60,993 nt of DNA, filler included, from Basidiobolus ranarum (GCA_040143965.1; 10 parts of 10 records of this genome joined end to end with filler, not necessarily neighbours in it), one strand, 5' to 3'. Positions 1 through 12,700 are shown, numbered from the whole stretch's first letter. Translations and numbers: made by a program. Notes: generated by a model from the letters alone, not told the origin.

Positions 1-3000
1 CCCCCAAACTCAAACTTTAAGTGAATCGCTTGAAAGTGGCCAGATATGAGCAAAAGAGTGTGAGCTGAGCTTCTGAACTGCAGAAAAGTCGTTCATCATG
101 AAAGTCTCGCCAAAAGGTTTTGTCAATTTCATTTCACCATGCTTACACTCACATGAAATTGGCTTGGTATGCATTTTTACGTGGACGATTTTGACTGATC
201 CGTCAATGTCGAGTTATTCTAGGAAATAGATGCGCTCATTCGGCTACACCCTGTACCAAAAAAAACCCAACTATGCTTAGATTTGTCATTTATGTTACAC
301 GGATGTTTACTGCAGCTTGACCAATGATGATGATCGTGGCACAGCTCTATTAAAATTGGTGCTTAATAAATCTGAACAGGTTACATGAGGTCCGTGAGTA
401 GTATGATTCTTGAGTCCAACTTTCTTAACGAAACTCTATGCATATTACGAATCAACCCCATGACGGCACCAAACTGTATACGTGTTTCGATACAGATAAT
501 CTGTAGATATCTGGAATCCGTTATTTCGAAGAATCGTGAAGTTAACAATGACTATGATGCATAGAGATGATAAATGAAAACTAGTTAACACCCCATTTTG
601 TGCACAGTTACCTGTATGTTGCTCAGGAATTTGTGCTAAAAGTGACTTCCTAAAGGTACTAAGCGGTGGGGCATTTACTGCCGAGTTGCCGGTAATATAT
701 CATGATCTTGATCACCATAATCGGTGCTTATACAATCCATATTATTGTAGATGATTCCTCCAACATTTTATTGTTATTGATTTTCTCTTGATGAGATGAT
801 ACTATGACATAGTTGGCCTTTCAGCTTCAGAGTATGGTAGTTGTTAGATATAATTTTGGCGAGAATATGGCCCACTTCATGGGACAAAAGATCAGAAGAA
901 AGGGCTTAGAAAAGATATGTTTGAGAATAAGCAACAATTTTTGACCAGACATATGAGCTCAAAGTATCATCTTTCTGTACCCCACCTTTTGCAGAAAATA
1001 GGTATCAGGAATATTGGAATAGTATCAAGCACTTATGATGTGGCTTATGTTATCTTCAATTGGTACTCTTAAAAGAGTGGCACCTACAACTCACTGCAAT
1101 TAAAGCAGAGTAGCACAGTAAAGGCTTACAGAATCATGGATGGCATGGCCTCAGATATCTAGGGAAAATTTACAACTCACATTTGCTTACTCAGACTCAA
1201 GCACTCTAGAACTATTTCCTTCTCAATTCTCTGCAAAGTAGCTTTCAACATCAACCAATCACACCTCAACCATCACTACAATGAACAAAACTAGTTGATA
1301 TAATAGTAGGGTGTTTGTTTTCTTTTGTCTTCATTATAAAACAGTTAGTTTCTTTAATGATCTTTGATAAGTTGAAATATGGCAATAAGTGAGCGGGAGT
1401 GGATTGCTGTATGCTACTGTTATTCTAATCTCATACGTGGAGTTTATTGAGCAAATGGGCCATGTTAATCTCGTGCAGTCAAAAGCTTGAGTAGGATATG
1501 CAAACGTTTCAGCTGCTGACTAGTCTACTGCGACAGCAAATGCATTGTCAATTCATGGATGATGGTGATGTAACTTCCAGCAGTTTACTTGGCATTTTCA
1601 ACAACAATGCAATATGTGTTTGGTTGGATTCCAAGCCTTGAAACGTGCATAAATTTACTAGATTGGATTCATCATGCTAACCTATCCATTAAGCATTCTA
1701 GAATGACTGCCTAGAACTAAGTAGTACATAAATATAAAAATATAGAAAGAATAAGAACGTGTTATGACTCAACGTCTGGACATGGGTATTAATCTAGGTC
1801 TGTTATCTATCCCAATAATTTTAGCATTGATTCGCTCCATTTATATTGAAGGTATTTGCGCTTTATATCTTGAATTGCGCAAAGTACGAATTTCGATATC
1901 GACTGCATATGTCCTCAAATTACGCAGTGTCCATAATCAGAAGATAGGTTACCAATACGGTAGAGTATGTCGCTAATTGGTCATACAAATTAATAGGCTT
2001 TTAATTTTACGATTTCTACACTCAATGAGGAAACCGCCAAAATTATATCATACATCTTGGACTTGTTGAGCCATCCAACTCCAAATTCTAAGGAGCATGA
2101 GATTCTAATCAGTGAGATTAGTGTGCCAAACAATTTACAGGATTTCATCTTCGCCCACTTTTCCATCACGTTTTGCGGTGCATGGCTAAGAAAGCTTTAT
2201 GAAGTCATACTCTAAGGTTAATACTTTAGTGAACACTACCTAATTATTTGATTTATGTCCTTGTTCTTTGGCGTTAGAGAAGCAGTAATAATAAAACGAT
2301 ATTAGACTAATATAACATGTCGCCAATTGTGTACTCACGTGACATTGATCCATTCTGATGCCACTGCTTGGGATTGGTTAGATATTGTGATAATCATTCA
2401 CCACTGTCAAGCCCAACTAACTAAGCTTTCTTCTCAATTCCTCAACAGCAGTATAGCATCCGGATGCAACACTAAATACCTGGACATCAGCAAAGTATCA
2501 CGATGCTGGCAAAACAGAGTCGAAATGAACGAGAGTACCAGTGTCAATGTTAGTGATAGTGATAGGAATAGGAATAGTGATAGTGATGGCGTAGAAGACA
2601 AGTATGAAGCTTAATACTCGATGCAGCACTACACATCACATCGCATCCCAACGCAGTCCAATGTAGCTTAGTATGACTTTGCATAAGCAAGTGGTCAAAG
2701 GATGATTCAGTATAATATGTCACAGTGCTCGAATACAGCTAGCATAAAGTAGCACAACGTATCATAGCATCCTGCAGAGAATTGTGTAATCTTCGAAATT
2801 TCCCAAATTAAGAGCTGGTCATTGATCGGTCAGGAACACCAATCTACTCTGTGATGAAACAGAGCATCTGACCTGATAAGTGGATACACAAGTGAGTAGC
2901 TACGGATCCTGAGACGACAAGCTTGGCGCATAAGGTACTATTTCCTACCTGGCGAGTCCCCTTGCACTTTGTACTTCTAGTCTTACGACGGGTGGCCCAT

Positions 3001-4929
3001 TCATTGGTCAGCCTCGCTGATGAATCAAGTTGTGAGTATGAATGGGATGTCCTGGGTTGTTCAGTTATGCAACACTAGTCAGCTTACTTGGTCTTTACCA
3101 TTTCTTGACCACCCTCCGATTGGCGTTGATCATTTAGGAATCACCAACTCTGAGATCTGCATTGCCAATTCACCCATCCTTCCATCTCCATCCCCACACT
3201 GATATCCTTGGGCTACAAGCCGACCAAGATTTGTATCAAGCGCATTCGATATTGCACCAGAACCTAAGCCGGGATCCTCCCATTTGTCTATTCACTTACT
3301 CACCCACACGTAACCCCACTCTCGTCCCCTACCTCCATACTCTGTTGGAATCAATCTACTCACCTGCCTCCTTCCATCCTTTCTGTCACTCCTGTTGAAT
3401 CTGTACCAAATAAAGCCACCTTCACCACAAATATCTCGCCTAGATCTTGTATCCCCTCCAGTGTACTCCTTGGCCATCGTATACCTCTATTTTCACTATT
3501 CAAAGATACTCGCCATCCAAAATGAACTCTCGGTTGACCTTTTGCACGTTTCTCGTAACTTTCCGCTCTTTCGCTCTTTCGCTCTTAGCAGCCAGTCAGA
3601 CGGAAAATAGCATTAATCACAGTATTAGAGATGTCCACATCTGCATCAACGGTAGCAATGGCCATAGCAGCATTTAAAATCACACCCCGGCCCTCGCTAG
3701 GAAACCCAAGTGGATATGTTAACAGCATGATATCATAAAGTGCGACTAGGTGGTTGGTGAGGATAGAACCAATGCCTGAGTAAGAGGTTCATCTATACAC
3801 ATTTGGTGACATTCGACACTGATTGTCAGTGTGGACGAATTGTATTAGCACAACACTGCCCAGTAAGCGCTGATCTATCTGACACCCTACCTTGCATAAT
3901 TGCAGATATTTGAGGATAGTAAGAGTTAGACGCAAAGTGTATGGAAAGCGTACGATATGCAGATTCAGGACGGGAAAATGGATGATTGTGTGCTAGAACA
4001 AACGCACCTGACCTGTTACATCACAATCATTTGACTTGTAGACTTAAGCATCGATATGAAAGTTTTTTGCAATGATACCAACTATATTGTATCCAATACA
4101 GGAACTATTTTAAAACTGAATTTGACAAGAAAGATTTGTAGTTCATATGTATGTGATACGTATGCTAGTATGTGAGCAAATCAACTAACATCTATAGCGA
4201 CCGCCTTCCATAAATTCGAGTCGGTTTTCCCGTGTTTGTCTCAAACCTAGCTAGTTCATTAGAGTTAAATAGGGACTCTTACTTGTAAGGGTCACACTTA
4301 GATGTTAACACCCGATGCGAACACTTCATGCATCTCTGGCATATCTGAACTTTTATAAAATCAAGAATGAAGTATCCGTTTAGTAAGTTACCACCCGAAA
4401 GCCCCTGTTCTAGAGTTTATATTATATCAATAATGCGCTTAATATCCCTCTTTGTACTCTTCCTACGGTTTACGTGGTCATAGTGGTTTATAGACTGCCG
4501 TGATTGGATCTAAAATCTCTACATCACTAATTCTTGTAGTAGTCGATGGAAGTATGTCTTCAATATCCGCTACTGACTGGCTAAAATTTTACTTCCATGA
4601 TCATTGTCTTAGTTGTGAGCAACAACGAATTCATGCGTATAGAATTTGTATGGATTCATTAAATTAAAATTATGAGCAAGTGCATTCCATGATCAGATTT
4701 TTCTGCTAGCATACCAAGTGATCTTTAAATATTATGAATCTGATACAAACGTTATCGAACAATATAGAATGCGTGTGGTAAATGTCTAGATAACACTAGC
4801 TGATATGCCGAGAATTCAATTGGAATCTTCCAAGAATGGCAGCCTCGCGATACAAATAAAAGACTCACGAGTTCGCAACTTGATAACCAACCTTCTATCC
4901 TTATTTTCTCTATACTACATCCCTACATA

Positions 4930-5340
4930 ATGAAAATCTCTCTTCGTAATGACAATCGCAGAAAATCAGCTAGTATTATCTGTTCAGTATGTGCCAAAAC
5001 CTTTAATCGTAAAGACAATTATTTGAGACATTTTCGCTCTCACACCGGAGAGTTGCCTCACCTTTGCCCTCATCAAAGCTGTACCAAAGGGTTCACACGT
5101 AGTGACCAGCTCATACGCCATGTCGCTTCCAAACACCATGCAGATTGCGCTAGAATTGGAACCCCAGAGAGTTACTTATCGGACTCCACTTGCTCTGAAG
5201 ACTCAATTCAAACGATTCATTCACCAGATTACTATCCCGAGGTGTCCTCAAAAGCAGCCACATTGATAGCCATGACAATTACGCTACAGCGCTCATCCCA
5301 TCCGTGTACCCGCATGAATCTAGAATATCTACTCAACTGA
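4930..5340 (+). CDS. Small C2H2 zinc-finger transcription factor (two fingers)
   Basis: CSVC..FNRKDNYLRHFRSH, TGELPH linker, CPHQSC..FTRSDQLIRHVASKH; C-terminal MNLEYLLN. Confidence 0.9.
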   Translation: MKISLRNDNRRKSASIICSVCAKTFNRKDNYLRHFRSHTGELPHLCPHQSCTKGFTRSDQLIRHVASKHHADCARIGTPESYLSDSTCSEDSIQTIHSPDYYPEVSSKAATLIAMTITLQRSSHPCTRMNLEYLLN

Positions 5341-5720
5341 ATCTTTGTACTAGTGTCAATGTTAGTTATAGAATGTGTCAATAGCAGCTTCAAATGTATA
5401 TGTACCCGCCTACTCCGCCAATATGCGGTGATTTTTTCATTTATTTTTCATAAACAAGTTGTATATACCTTGTACTCATCACAAATCCATATTAACGCTG
5501 CATCTGAATTGCTAATACTTGATTCCGAATGTGTGAAACACGATGGCTTAATTGAAGGCATGACTCAGGATCGTACTTGTAAATCAGACAATGATATGAT
5601 TGATTAGAATTAGTAAACATCCTAAACCTCACCGTTCAGCACTTCGTTTCCCGATGAAATTAAATAGCTATAAATAACAGGATCTCACAAATCAGTGGCG
5701 TTCGATTAAAGCTGGAGGAT

Positions 5721-6021
5721 CATAGGCTGTTGAAACCTTCGCATCTGACTTCGTTTGCGGTTGACTCAATTTGTATTTTCAATTGAGTTGGGCTAAGTAT
5801 CCCTTAATTCAGACTAACTGGGATACAGTTCAAACCCGTCCCTCTGGTTGTTAGCGATGTTGTAGACGAACGGAGGATGCATCCCACTCATTGTTTCACC
5901 ATGTAAGCAGCATCCCGCTATTGACTCTTCCTCAAACCATCCACCTTGGGACACACAGTGTGGAGCTTATTGGACTCCCAGCGACTTGTTAACTTTGTTT
6001 CGTTGTTTGAGCCAGCCTATG
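5721..6021 (-). ncRNA. Putative ~300-nt structured RNA or structured repeat end, identity unknown
   Basis: 9-bp closing helix CATAGGCTG/CAGCCTATG encloses at least five hairpins. Several extend by G-U pairs on the minus strand. Confidence 0.35.
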
Positions 6022-6024
6022 GGG

Positions 6025-6124
6025 NNNNNNNNNNNNNNNNNNNNNNNNNNNNNNNNNNNNNNNNNNNNTTAATTAATTAANNNNNNNNNNNNNNNNNNNN
6101 NNNNNNNNNNNNNNNNNNNNNNNN
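6025..6124. other. Artificial contig linker (44N-TTAATTAATTAA-44N), first of nine
   Basis: Identical 100-nt linkers at 6025, 12141, 18256, 24370, 30483, 36592, 42696, 48798 and 54897. Intervening contigs fall monotonically from 6016 to 5999 bp. Confidence 0.98.
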
Positions 6125-6360
6125 GAAGTAGGTCCACTTTGCAGATTAGCATCCTGATCCGAGCAAGGTTGAATCTCTATCTTTTGATCAGAGAATTCCG
6201 ATTCTAGTGGTGGTGACCTTGATACCCGTTCTTCATCTGACGAGAAGGATGACCAAGTCTCTAGAGAGGATCTCAATAGAGGGCTGGTCGCAGTCTCGGT
6301 CCTATTAATTCTTTCCAACATCATTGGAGCGAATAAAGAACTGTTCTGAAGGTTCACCAT
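6125..6360 (-). CDS. Possible N-terminus of an unknown Ser-rich protein, cut by contig end
   Basis: ATG-initiated open frame running into the linker; no recognisable domain. Confidence 0.3.
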
Positions 6361-6706
6361 TGCTAGAGGACGATATGCTGATGAATCAGCAGAATAAATC
6401 GTAGTGAGGCACCTTTTGAGGCTGATAGTCTTCTTTATCTTATCTTTCTTCTCTGGTATGTTTCAAGATATTTCCTTCTAACAGTATCGAACATGTATAT
6501 ATCAAACATCTGTATTATCTTACATAAAACTCACAACAATAAAGGAACCACTCTGTCAACAGGGTACACTAATAGTTTCATTTGTTAATGTTCTCGAATT
6601 TGTGTTACGATCTAACAGTTTACATGCAGTAACATCGAATTTTCAGATTCTTTTGCATACGATGCACATACACATGATATCAATGACTAATGCAAGGTTT
6701 TATCAA

Positions 6707-7572
6707 TTATTCTGGAGGTGGTGGAGGAGGAGAAGGTGATGAGGGAGGTGTAGGCTTTATGGATGAGTACAGTCGGAATTCTAAAGGCAACTGATCCTCA
6801 GCGTACAGTTTTTCCGCAAAGTACACTCGACGAAGATAACAATTAGCATGAATCTGAACACTAATAGTTTCTATGTAGCATGTCTGATAGGTGCGGCGTA
6901 CAAAATCACTTAAATCAAATTGAACTTGGTTCCATCCTTCGTCTAAGCGAAGAGGTAATGTACATATATCCGGTTGAACGCGAGATTCAGTCTAAGGGAT
7001 AGTATTAATCAGTATGATTTTAACAAAGGCATTTTAATTACAAGGGTAGGTACCTGAAAGGTAGAGACTCGGAACCTACGAATAACCTGCTTATCGTCGC
7101 GAACCTGCACTTCAAAAGAAAAATATTTGCCTATATTTTTCACATTCAACACCATTATTGGAAGTTTAATACCCAATTCCACGCCTACACCTGCCGGGCA
7201 TTTAATAAAAGTCGTGGATAGCTTGGGGCTTCTAAGGGCGAGTATAGGTGATGAAATATCATTGTCAACATCAAGAGTAATCATTCCTTGTCCATGGGCA
7301 TGCTGATCCCATAATTGAAGTGGTTGATTTCTTGTGAACATAAATGGTGCTTTTTGTTAATCGAAGAAATAACAATATAGGTACTAGTTCCACAAATTTA
7401 CCCTAGACTGTAGAAGATCGACAATAATCCAGACTTGTGAAGAGACGAAACGAATATGTTGAATTTGGAACATCGTCATTAATAGTTGTATTGAGGTGCT
7501 GATTGCTTGTTTGTAGTGAGAAGAGTTTAACTCGAATCAAATATAGCTTACCTGAAAGTTATGTCTGAACAT
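6707..7572 (-). CDS. CFAP20: Cilia- and flagella-associated protein 20 (BUG22), 4 exons, ~204 aa
   Basis: Exons 7572-7552, 7433-7402, 7330-7054 and 6991-6707 splice in frame: [60 protein letters not shown]. Pro-rich tail. Confidence 0.95.
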
Positions 7573-9026
7573 TAAAGTGAGAAGTATGCACTTGGAAATT
7601 TTGAAGTTGTTAATAACACAATTGTCATTTTTTTAAATGGCCAATGGATGCTACAGCTAGAGGCAACTTCAATTTAGTTAGCTTACGATTAAATAAAATA
7701 GAAATTATTCATTACGATAAACAATTGAATTTTTTGAGGTATCCTCAATGAATATTTATGGATTATCTACTATGATTAAAATTGGTTTTGTAAAATAGCA
7801 AGCAGATGGTATAATGATAGACAGTGATGAATATAGACAAAACATTAGAATATCTCTAGAGAGACTAGACCAGCTGATCCAATAGATGTATTAAATAAAA
7901 GATGCTTGGCCAAAAAGGTTGAATCTCTTGTGAACAATTACATACAAAGAACAAAGAGATATTGCATGCCATATCTCGATTGGATGATGTTGAACTATTT
8001 TATACAAATATAGAAATGTTAACCAGACAGCCACTTATTATGGTAAGCATAAGAGAAGATGAGGTCTAAAAAAAAGAACCAAAGTAGGTCAGGAAGGTAA
8101 CTTATCAACCGCCCTGTCATCAAGGTATAGAGTATCTGAGTACAAAGGTTGTTGGTATTCTAATATTGTAGCCAAGTTATGAGATTCATACATCTTTACT
8201 TCTTTGTGTTCCATCGACTTCTCCAGAGTACGGATTCTGTAATACTGGGTGTGGAAATCTGATTTAATGAATAGCAGTATTTGATATTACGAATGCATAT
8301 TTTCATTGTTAAAAAAGCTGACAAATGAAAGCTCAGCTGAGAAGCCCGCTTAGTAATTTCTGATAGAGTACTAAATATAGGGTGTATACTTGAAAACTCA
8401 TCCTCCCTCCTCATGATGAAAAAACTAAATATAAATCACGTAAGCCTCAAGCCATAATTGACGTCATCTCATTTTTCAGCATCTTCTAATATCTAACATT
8501 TACAATATATATTGATTCGTATATTTCTCACCACTACAAGAGGCTATTAGTCTGCATAGTTCAGTCTTCTTTCTTTGCATGATAGCATTTCATAACAAAA
8601 CGAATTGTTGCGTTTCGCGCCATAAAAACCCTGAACCCAAATGAAATTCATGCTTTAATATGGAGGCAATACTGCATCATAAGTGGGCCCTGGTAAATAC
8701 ATGCAACAGAGCTTTCTTATCGAATTTATTGACATTATACGCAAAGTTGTAGAATGTTGTTTGACATCTACTAAATTTACTTATTTTGTATTACATAAAG
8801 TCGTACTTTTCCCATGCTCAGTTACACGAATATTAGATCCAGTTTGCAAAGGATATCTCTGGAATAAGAGGTCCGCAGGTCCGCAATTTACATTTCATTC
8901 TCCTTTCTGTAGTATAATATATGTAACCATTGATGACAGTGTCAATTTCCCAGTTTATTTTGATTTGATATCCTTTTATTAAGAGTGTTTATAAGTAATC
9001 TTCGGCTAAATGTCTATAAGAAGAAA

Positions 9027-9107
9027 ATCAGATAAGACCTTATAAAATCTGATAAATCTTCATACCAAAGAATCTGATCTGATTAGACTGTGTGAAGCAC
9101 TGATTGG
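9027..9107. promoter_or_regulatory. Cluster of ATCWGATAA (SreA/Fep1-type GATA) sites plus CCAAT box
   Basis: ATCAGATAA 9027-9035, ATCTGATAA 9047-9055, ATCTGATCTGATTA from 9072, ATTGG 9103-9107. Confidence 0.55.
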
Positions 9108-9234
9108 TTACCACCCCCGGGAGCAGAATTCATATTTAATATTTATGCTCGCTCCAAAGTCCCGTTCAAGGCTTTTATTCCATTCCAACTGTAGATAGCA
9201 GCTTTTGCGGGTGTATTAAATATATTCTTTGGAT

Positions 9235-10043
9235 ATGTTGTTCGAGACTTTATGTGTTTCCTTATCTAGCTATGGATACTTAGCAGTCATCGTCTCCACC
9301 ATATTTTTCCTTACACATTGTTGCGATAAGTGGAGACCTTTTGATCCGTTGGCTCAGGTTAGTCTCACCGACAGTCTATGTAATATCAAGCCTACTAATG
9401 TTTGTATCTATTGCAGTATGTACAAGGTAGAACGCAGCCCAAAGAAGAGGTAACTACCGTTAAAGAAGATGAAATTAAAGCGATTGAAGAAAGCGGAGTT
9501 AAGGCTATTAAAGAAGGTGAAATTAAGACCATTAAAGAAGATGATGAAGATGAACATATTTTATGGATATGTACTAAATGTAACCGACAGAAATCCGAAA
9601 GTCCAACTAAAACGGTTGTTTTGGTGACTACTACAGTAGGGAACGAACCAGGAAAGGTGCCAGATATAGAAGACATTATCCCTCTTCAACCTCAAGAAAA
9701 AAGCGGGCGCAAGTTGTATGATCGTATCATAAAGCGCCATACGCTTAGGACTTCTCCAGCAGATACGGTTCGCCGAAAGCTGGTGATTAGGCCAGTAGAT
9801 TGCTTGAGTACCTGCGATAACGGTAATGTCGTAGCATATAGCTCCCCAGGAAAGTATTACTATCAATTCAATTCATTGGATCAAGATGACGAGGAAGTAA
9901 TTGAAAATATACTTGACTTTGCTAAATTTTATACTGACAGTGAGATGGGTTTCAGCAAGGCAAAGATGAGACCAAGAAATTTAAAATCTAATTGCTCTGC
10001 TCGCATTCCACCTGTAAACTATGTATATAACAAGAAATTATAA
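9235..10043 (+). CDS. Orphan protein with N-terminal hydrophobic anchor, 2 exons
   Basis: Exon 9235-9357, GTTAGT..CTAAT..CAG intron 9358-9416, in-frame exon 9417-10043. Contains 8-aa acidic repeats and a CTKC motif. Confidence 0.65.
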
Positions 10044-10980
10044 GCTTACGCTATGGATTCAGGAGTTAATTGCACTATAAGCTCTGACATATCAACAATT
10101 CAAGCACAATAATCTTAAATACACCAAATCTCTCAAAAAAATTATTAAATATCAATTGCTATATCAATTTTCCTTGTCTATGTTTATATATATACAAGCT
10201 CATCGTTCGGTGAATACTTTTCAAATACTAGTTCATTCCTGGTCAAAAGTCTTGGGTATTGAACAAAGTGTTCAAAAAAGGTTGAGGAAATATATTTAGA
10301 GGCTCAAGTCAACTTGATTCGTATTTTAGAAGGGTGGTAAAGTTACGATGTCTAGTTACTTGTAATGACTGATTCTTTCAGTAGATTTCAGTAGAAAGTG
10401 GATATCTGCGGAAGTTGTACTTAATATGAAACGGTTCATAGATTCAAGAAAAGGCGTCTACACAAAAAGGTATTCGAGGACGTGAGATTTATTGCTAGGA
10501 TTTTTCTTAGAGTCTACGGTATTACTCAAATTCACTTAACTCGTGCTAGGTCAAATAGCTCTTGTCATAAGGTACGTACCAAGATTGTAGGATGGGGAAA
10601 TTCTATTCTTGTGTTTTCGAAGTTTAAAGTCCTGATTAGCATATGGAATATTGGAACTACCTTGGGAATGTATTGAAAAACAAGAGCTTGCAGTAAACTG
10701 TGATGCAGATGATCAACTGGTTCAATGAGCGATGCTCAAATATCGTGAAGATAGATATAGCGGAAATCAAATAGCAGGGGTATTAATTAGAATGTTTTGA
10801 AGGCGTAAAAGAATTCGTAGTGTATAGTACAAAAGTAATATGGTCAGTTTAAAGGCAAAAGAGTGAATGCACAGTTATCTCGAAACCTAATTAAATAACA
10901 AAGAAAGGAGAGTGGTGCTAAGAACGAATGGAAAATTGTAACTGAATCTATGCTGAATCCTTGAATTTATCCACCAATGC

Positions 10981-11802
10981 TCAGTTTTTTAGGATAGAAC
11001 GATGAAACGGATTGGTTTGTTGCTTTTGAGTTTCTACTAGACCACGGAACTCTGTTCGATACCGGAGACGGCGATATGTTCCAGCTCCTGCGACTCCAGC
11101 TCCGATAAGGAAGACTATTCCGTAGATATAGAGACCTACCGGTGTAGTCTGGATAGTCGTTCCATCGCCAAATTCATTAGCATCTATGGCACTTGAATTA
11201 GGCTTGGATAAAGGCCGCAAAGCACGGAAGTATGGACCAAAAGAGTTTGATGGAGTGTTTGTATCTAAAGGGGTATTTGTATAGTCATTTGTAGAGAGAG
11301 TGATTTCCTGCTCGTCTGTGCTGGCTGGGTTTAATAAGAGAATATATGACGACGGACTAATAAGACTGGCAAGCATGACTTTATCTAGTGTATCATTGAA
11401 AATAAATTGTCCGTTAAAACAGTATGATTCGACAATATGCTCTTTTCCGCTAACCGGGAGGATAACATACGATCCACTCTTATATCTTTCCATTGTCCAA
11501 TCTCCCCAATACTCATTGATCTTTGTATACTGGTCTGCAAATAGAAATTTCAAGCTCCAATGTGTTGTGGGTGAGGTAGTCACAGGTAAGAATAGTGTTA
11601 AATTCCCGCCAAATTGCCCAGTTGATGTATTTAGCCAAGCCACTTGGTAGTTAGCTTTTAAGCCTAGAGGATTATTTGAAGGAGTGTCTGGAGTACTTCT
11701 TTTCTGTTCACCCATGGACTTGGTTTCTACACATACCCATAAAACTAACAGTCCAAGACATAAGCGAGCTAAGAGTAATTTCGTTCGGAAGATATTGCTC
11801 AT
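10981..11802 (-). CDS. Type I membrane protein with CBM2-like ectodomain
   Basis: Signal-like N-terminus, Trp-patterned beta domain (YQVAW..GQFGGNLTL..WSLKFLF..INEYW..YCFNG), TM helix GLYIYGIVFLIGAGVAGAG, basic tail. Confidence 0.7.
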   Translation of the reverse strand: MSNIFRTKLLLARLCLGLLVLWVCVETKSMGEQKRSTPDTPSNNPLGLKANYQVAWLNTSTGQFGGNLTLFLPVTTSPTTHWSLKFLFADQYTKINEYWGDWTMERYKSGSYVILPVSGKEHIVESYCFNGQFIFNDTLDKVMLASLISPSSYILLLNPASTDEQEITLSTNDYTNTPLDTNTPSNSFGPYFRALRPLSKPNSSAIDANEFGDGTTIQTTPVGLYIYGIVFLIGAGVAGAGTYRRLRYRTEFRGLVETQKQQTNPFHRSILKN

Positions 11803-12240
11803 AGTATTTCAAGTCGAGCGTCTTGTGGACTCTTTTTAGCAGTATGTTTCGATAGCAATATTCTCACTTACGACGTATCGTGAATGGAGTGGTGTAAAGG
11901 TAAGTTTCTATAAGAAAAAAGTAAGATGATTTACAAAATTCTAGGAGGATAGTAGGGATAAGATTTGGATGAAAGAAGTCAAGTGAAAGGAAAAGGAGTA
12001 ATGAAAAGGGGGATATGCAAATAACTAGCCAGCAATCAATATACCTTATGAATGCTGCAAACACCGCTGTAAAAAAATAAGGAGCTCAAATTCAGAGTCC
12101 TTGAGTGATATTTATAAAAGATTTCTGCAACCTGCTGTCCNNNNNNNNNNNNNNNNNNNNNNNNNNNNNNNNNNNNNNNNNNNNTTAATTAATTAANNNN
12201 NNNNNNNNNNNNNNNNNNNNNNNNNNNNNNNNNNNNNNNN

Positions 12241-12409
12241 CTAAATGCTTAATGAAAGATCTGTCATTGGCCGCTAGATCAAGGTTGGAATTCTGCCCAG
12301 GTTTCGCTTGGCGAGCTCGAGTAATAGCTCTCCAAAATAGGGCTGATACTGCATCATTAGTTGAAATCCATTTCCCGTCTTCGATTGACTGGTTAACTTG
12401 GGTTTTCAA
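12241..12409 (-). pseudogene. Fragment of BAHD/TRI101-like acyltransferase
   Basis: WISTNDAVSALFWRAITRAR motif; no intact upstream frame; cut by contig end. Confidence 0.6.
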
Positions 12410-12632
12410 TCAAATAAATATTCGCATCTGTCATAGTGAATAGAAACTACACTATATAATACACTAGGCTAGCTGTGAACATTCACTATGAATCTTGACC
12501 ACTGAGAGTTACTTGCTTACTATCTCTGACCGAATAATCGGAATCTGATCGAATTTGCGGTATTAGCCACATTGAGAGCAGGTGGAAAGCCTCATGTGAG
12601 CGGTATCTTGATATATATAGTCCATTATTGTA

Positions 12633-12700
12633 TATAGCTTGAATGAATATAGTTTGAATAAATATAGCTTGAATGAATATAGTTTGAATAAATATAGCTT
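12633..12700. repeat. 15-bp tandem repeat (~4.5 copies, 30-bp higher order)
   Basis: TATAGCTTGAATGAA alternating with TATAGTTTGAATAAA. Confidence 0.9.

Noticed and set aside
1764-3677. Short ORFs in contig 1, including the pyrimidine-rich 3020-3677 block
   Set aside because: No recognisable domains, overlapping frames and compositional bias; cannot support a call.
5806-5816. AATTCAGACTA resembles RNase P CR-V or a group I intron R element
   Set aside because: No matching CR-I (GGAAxGTCTGAG) and no P7 partner with room for P8.
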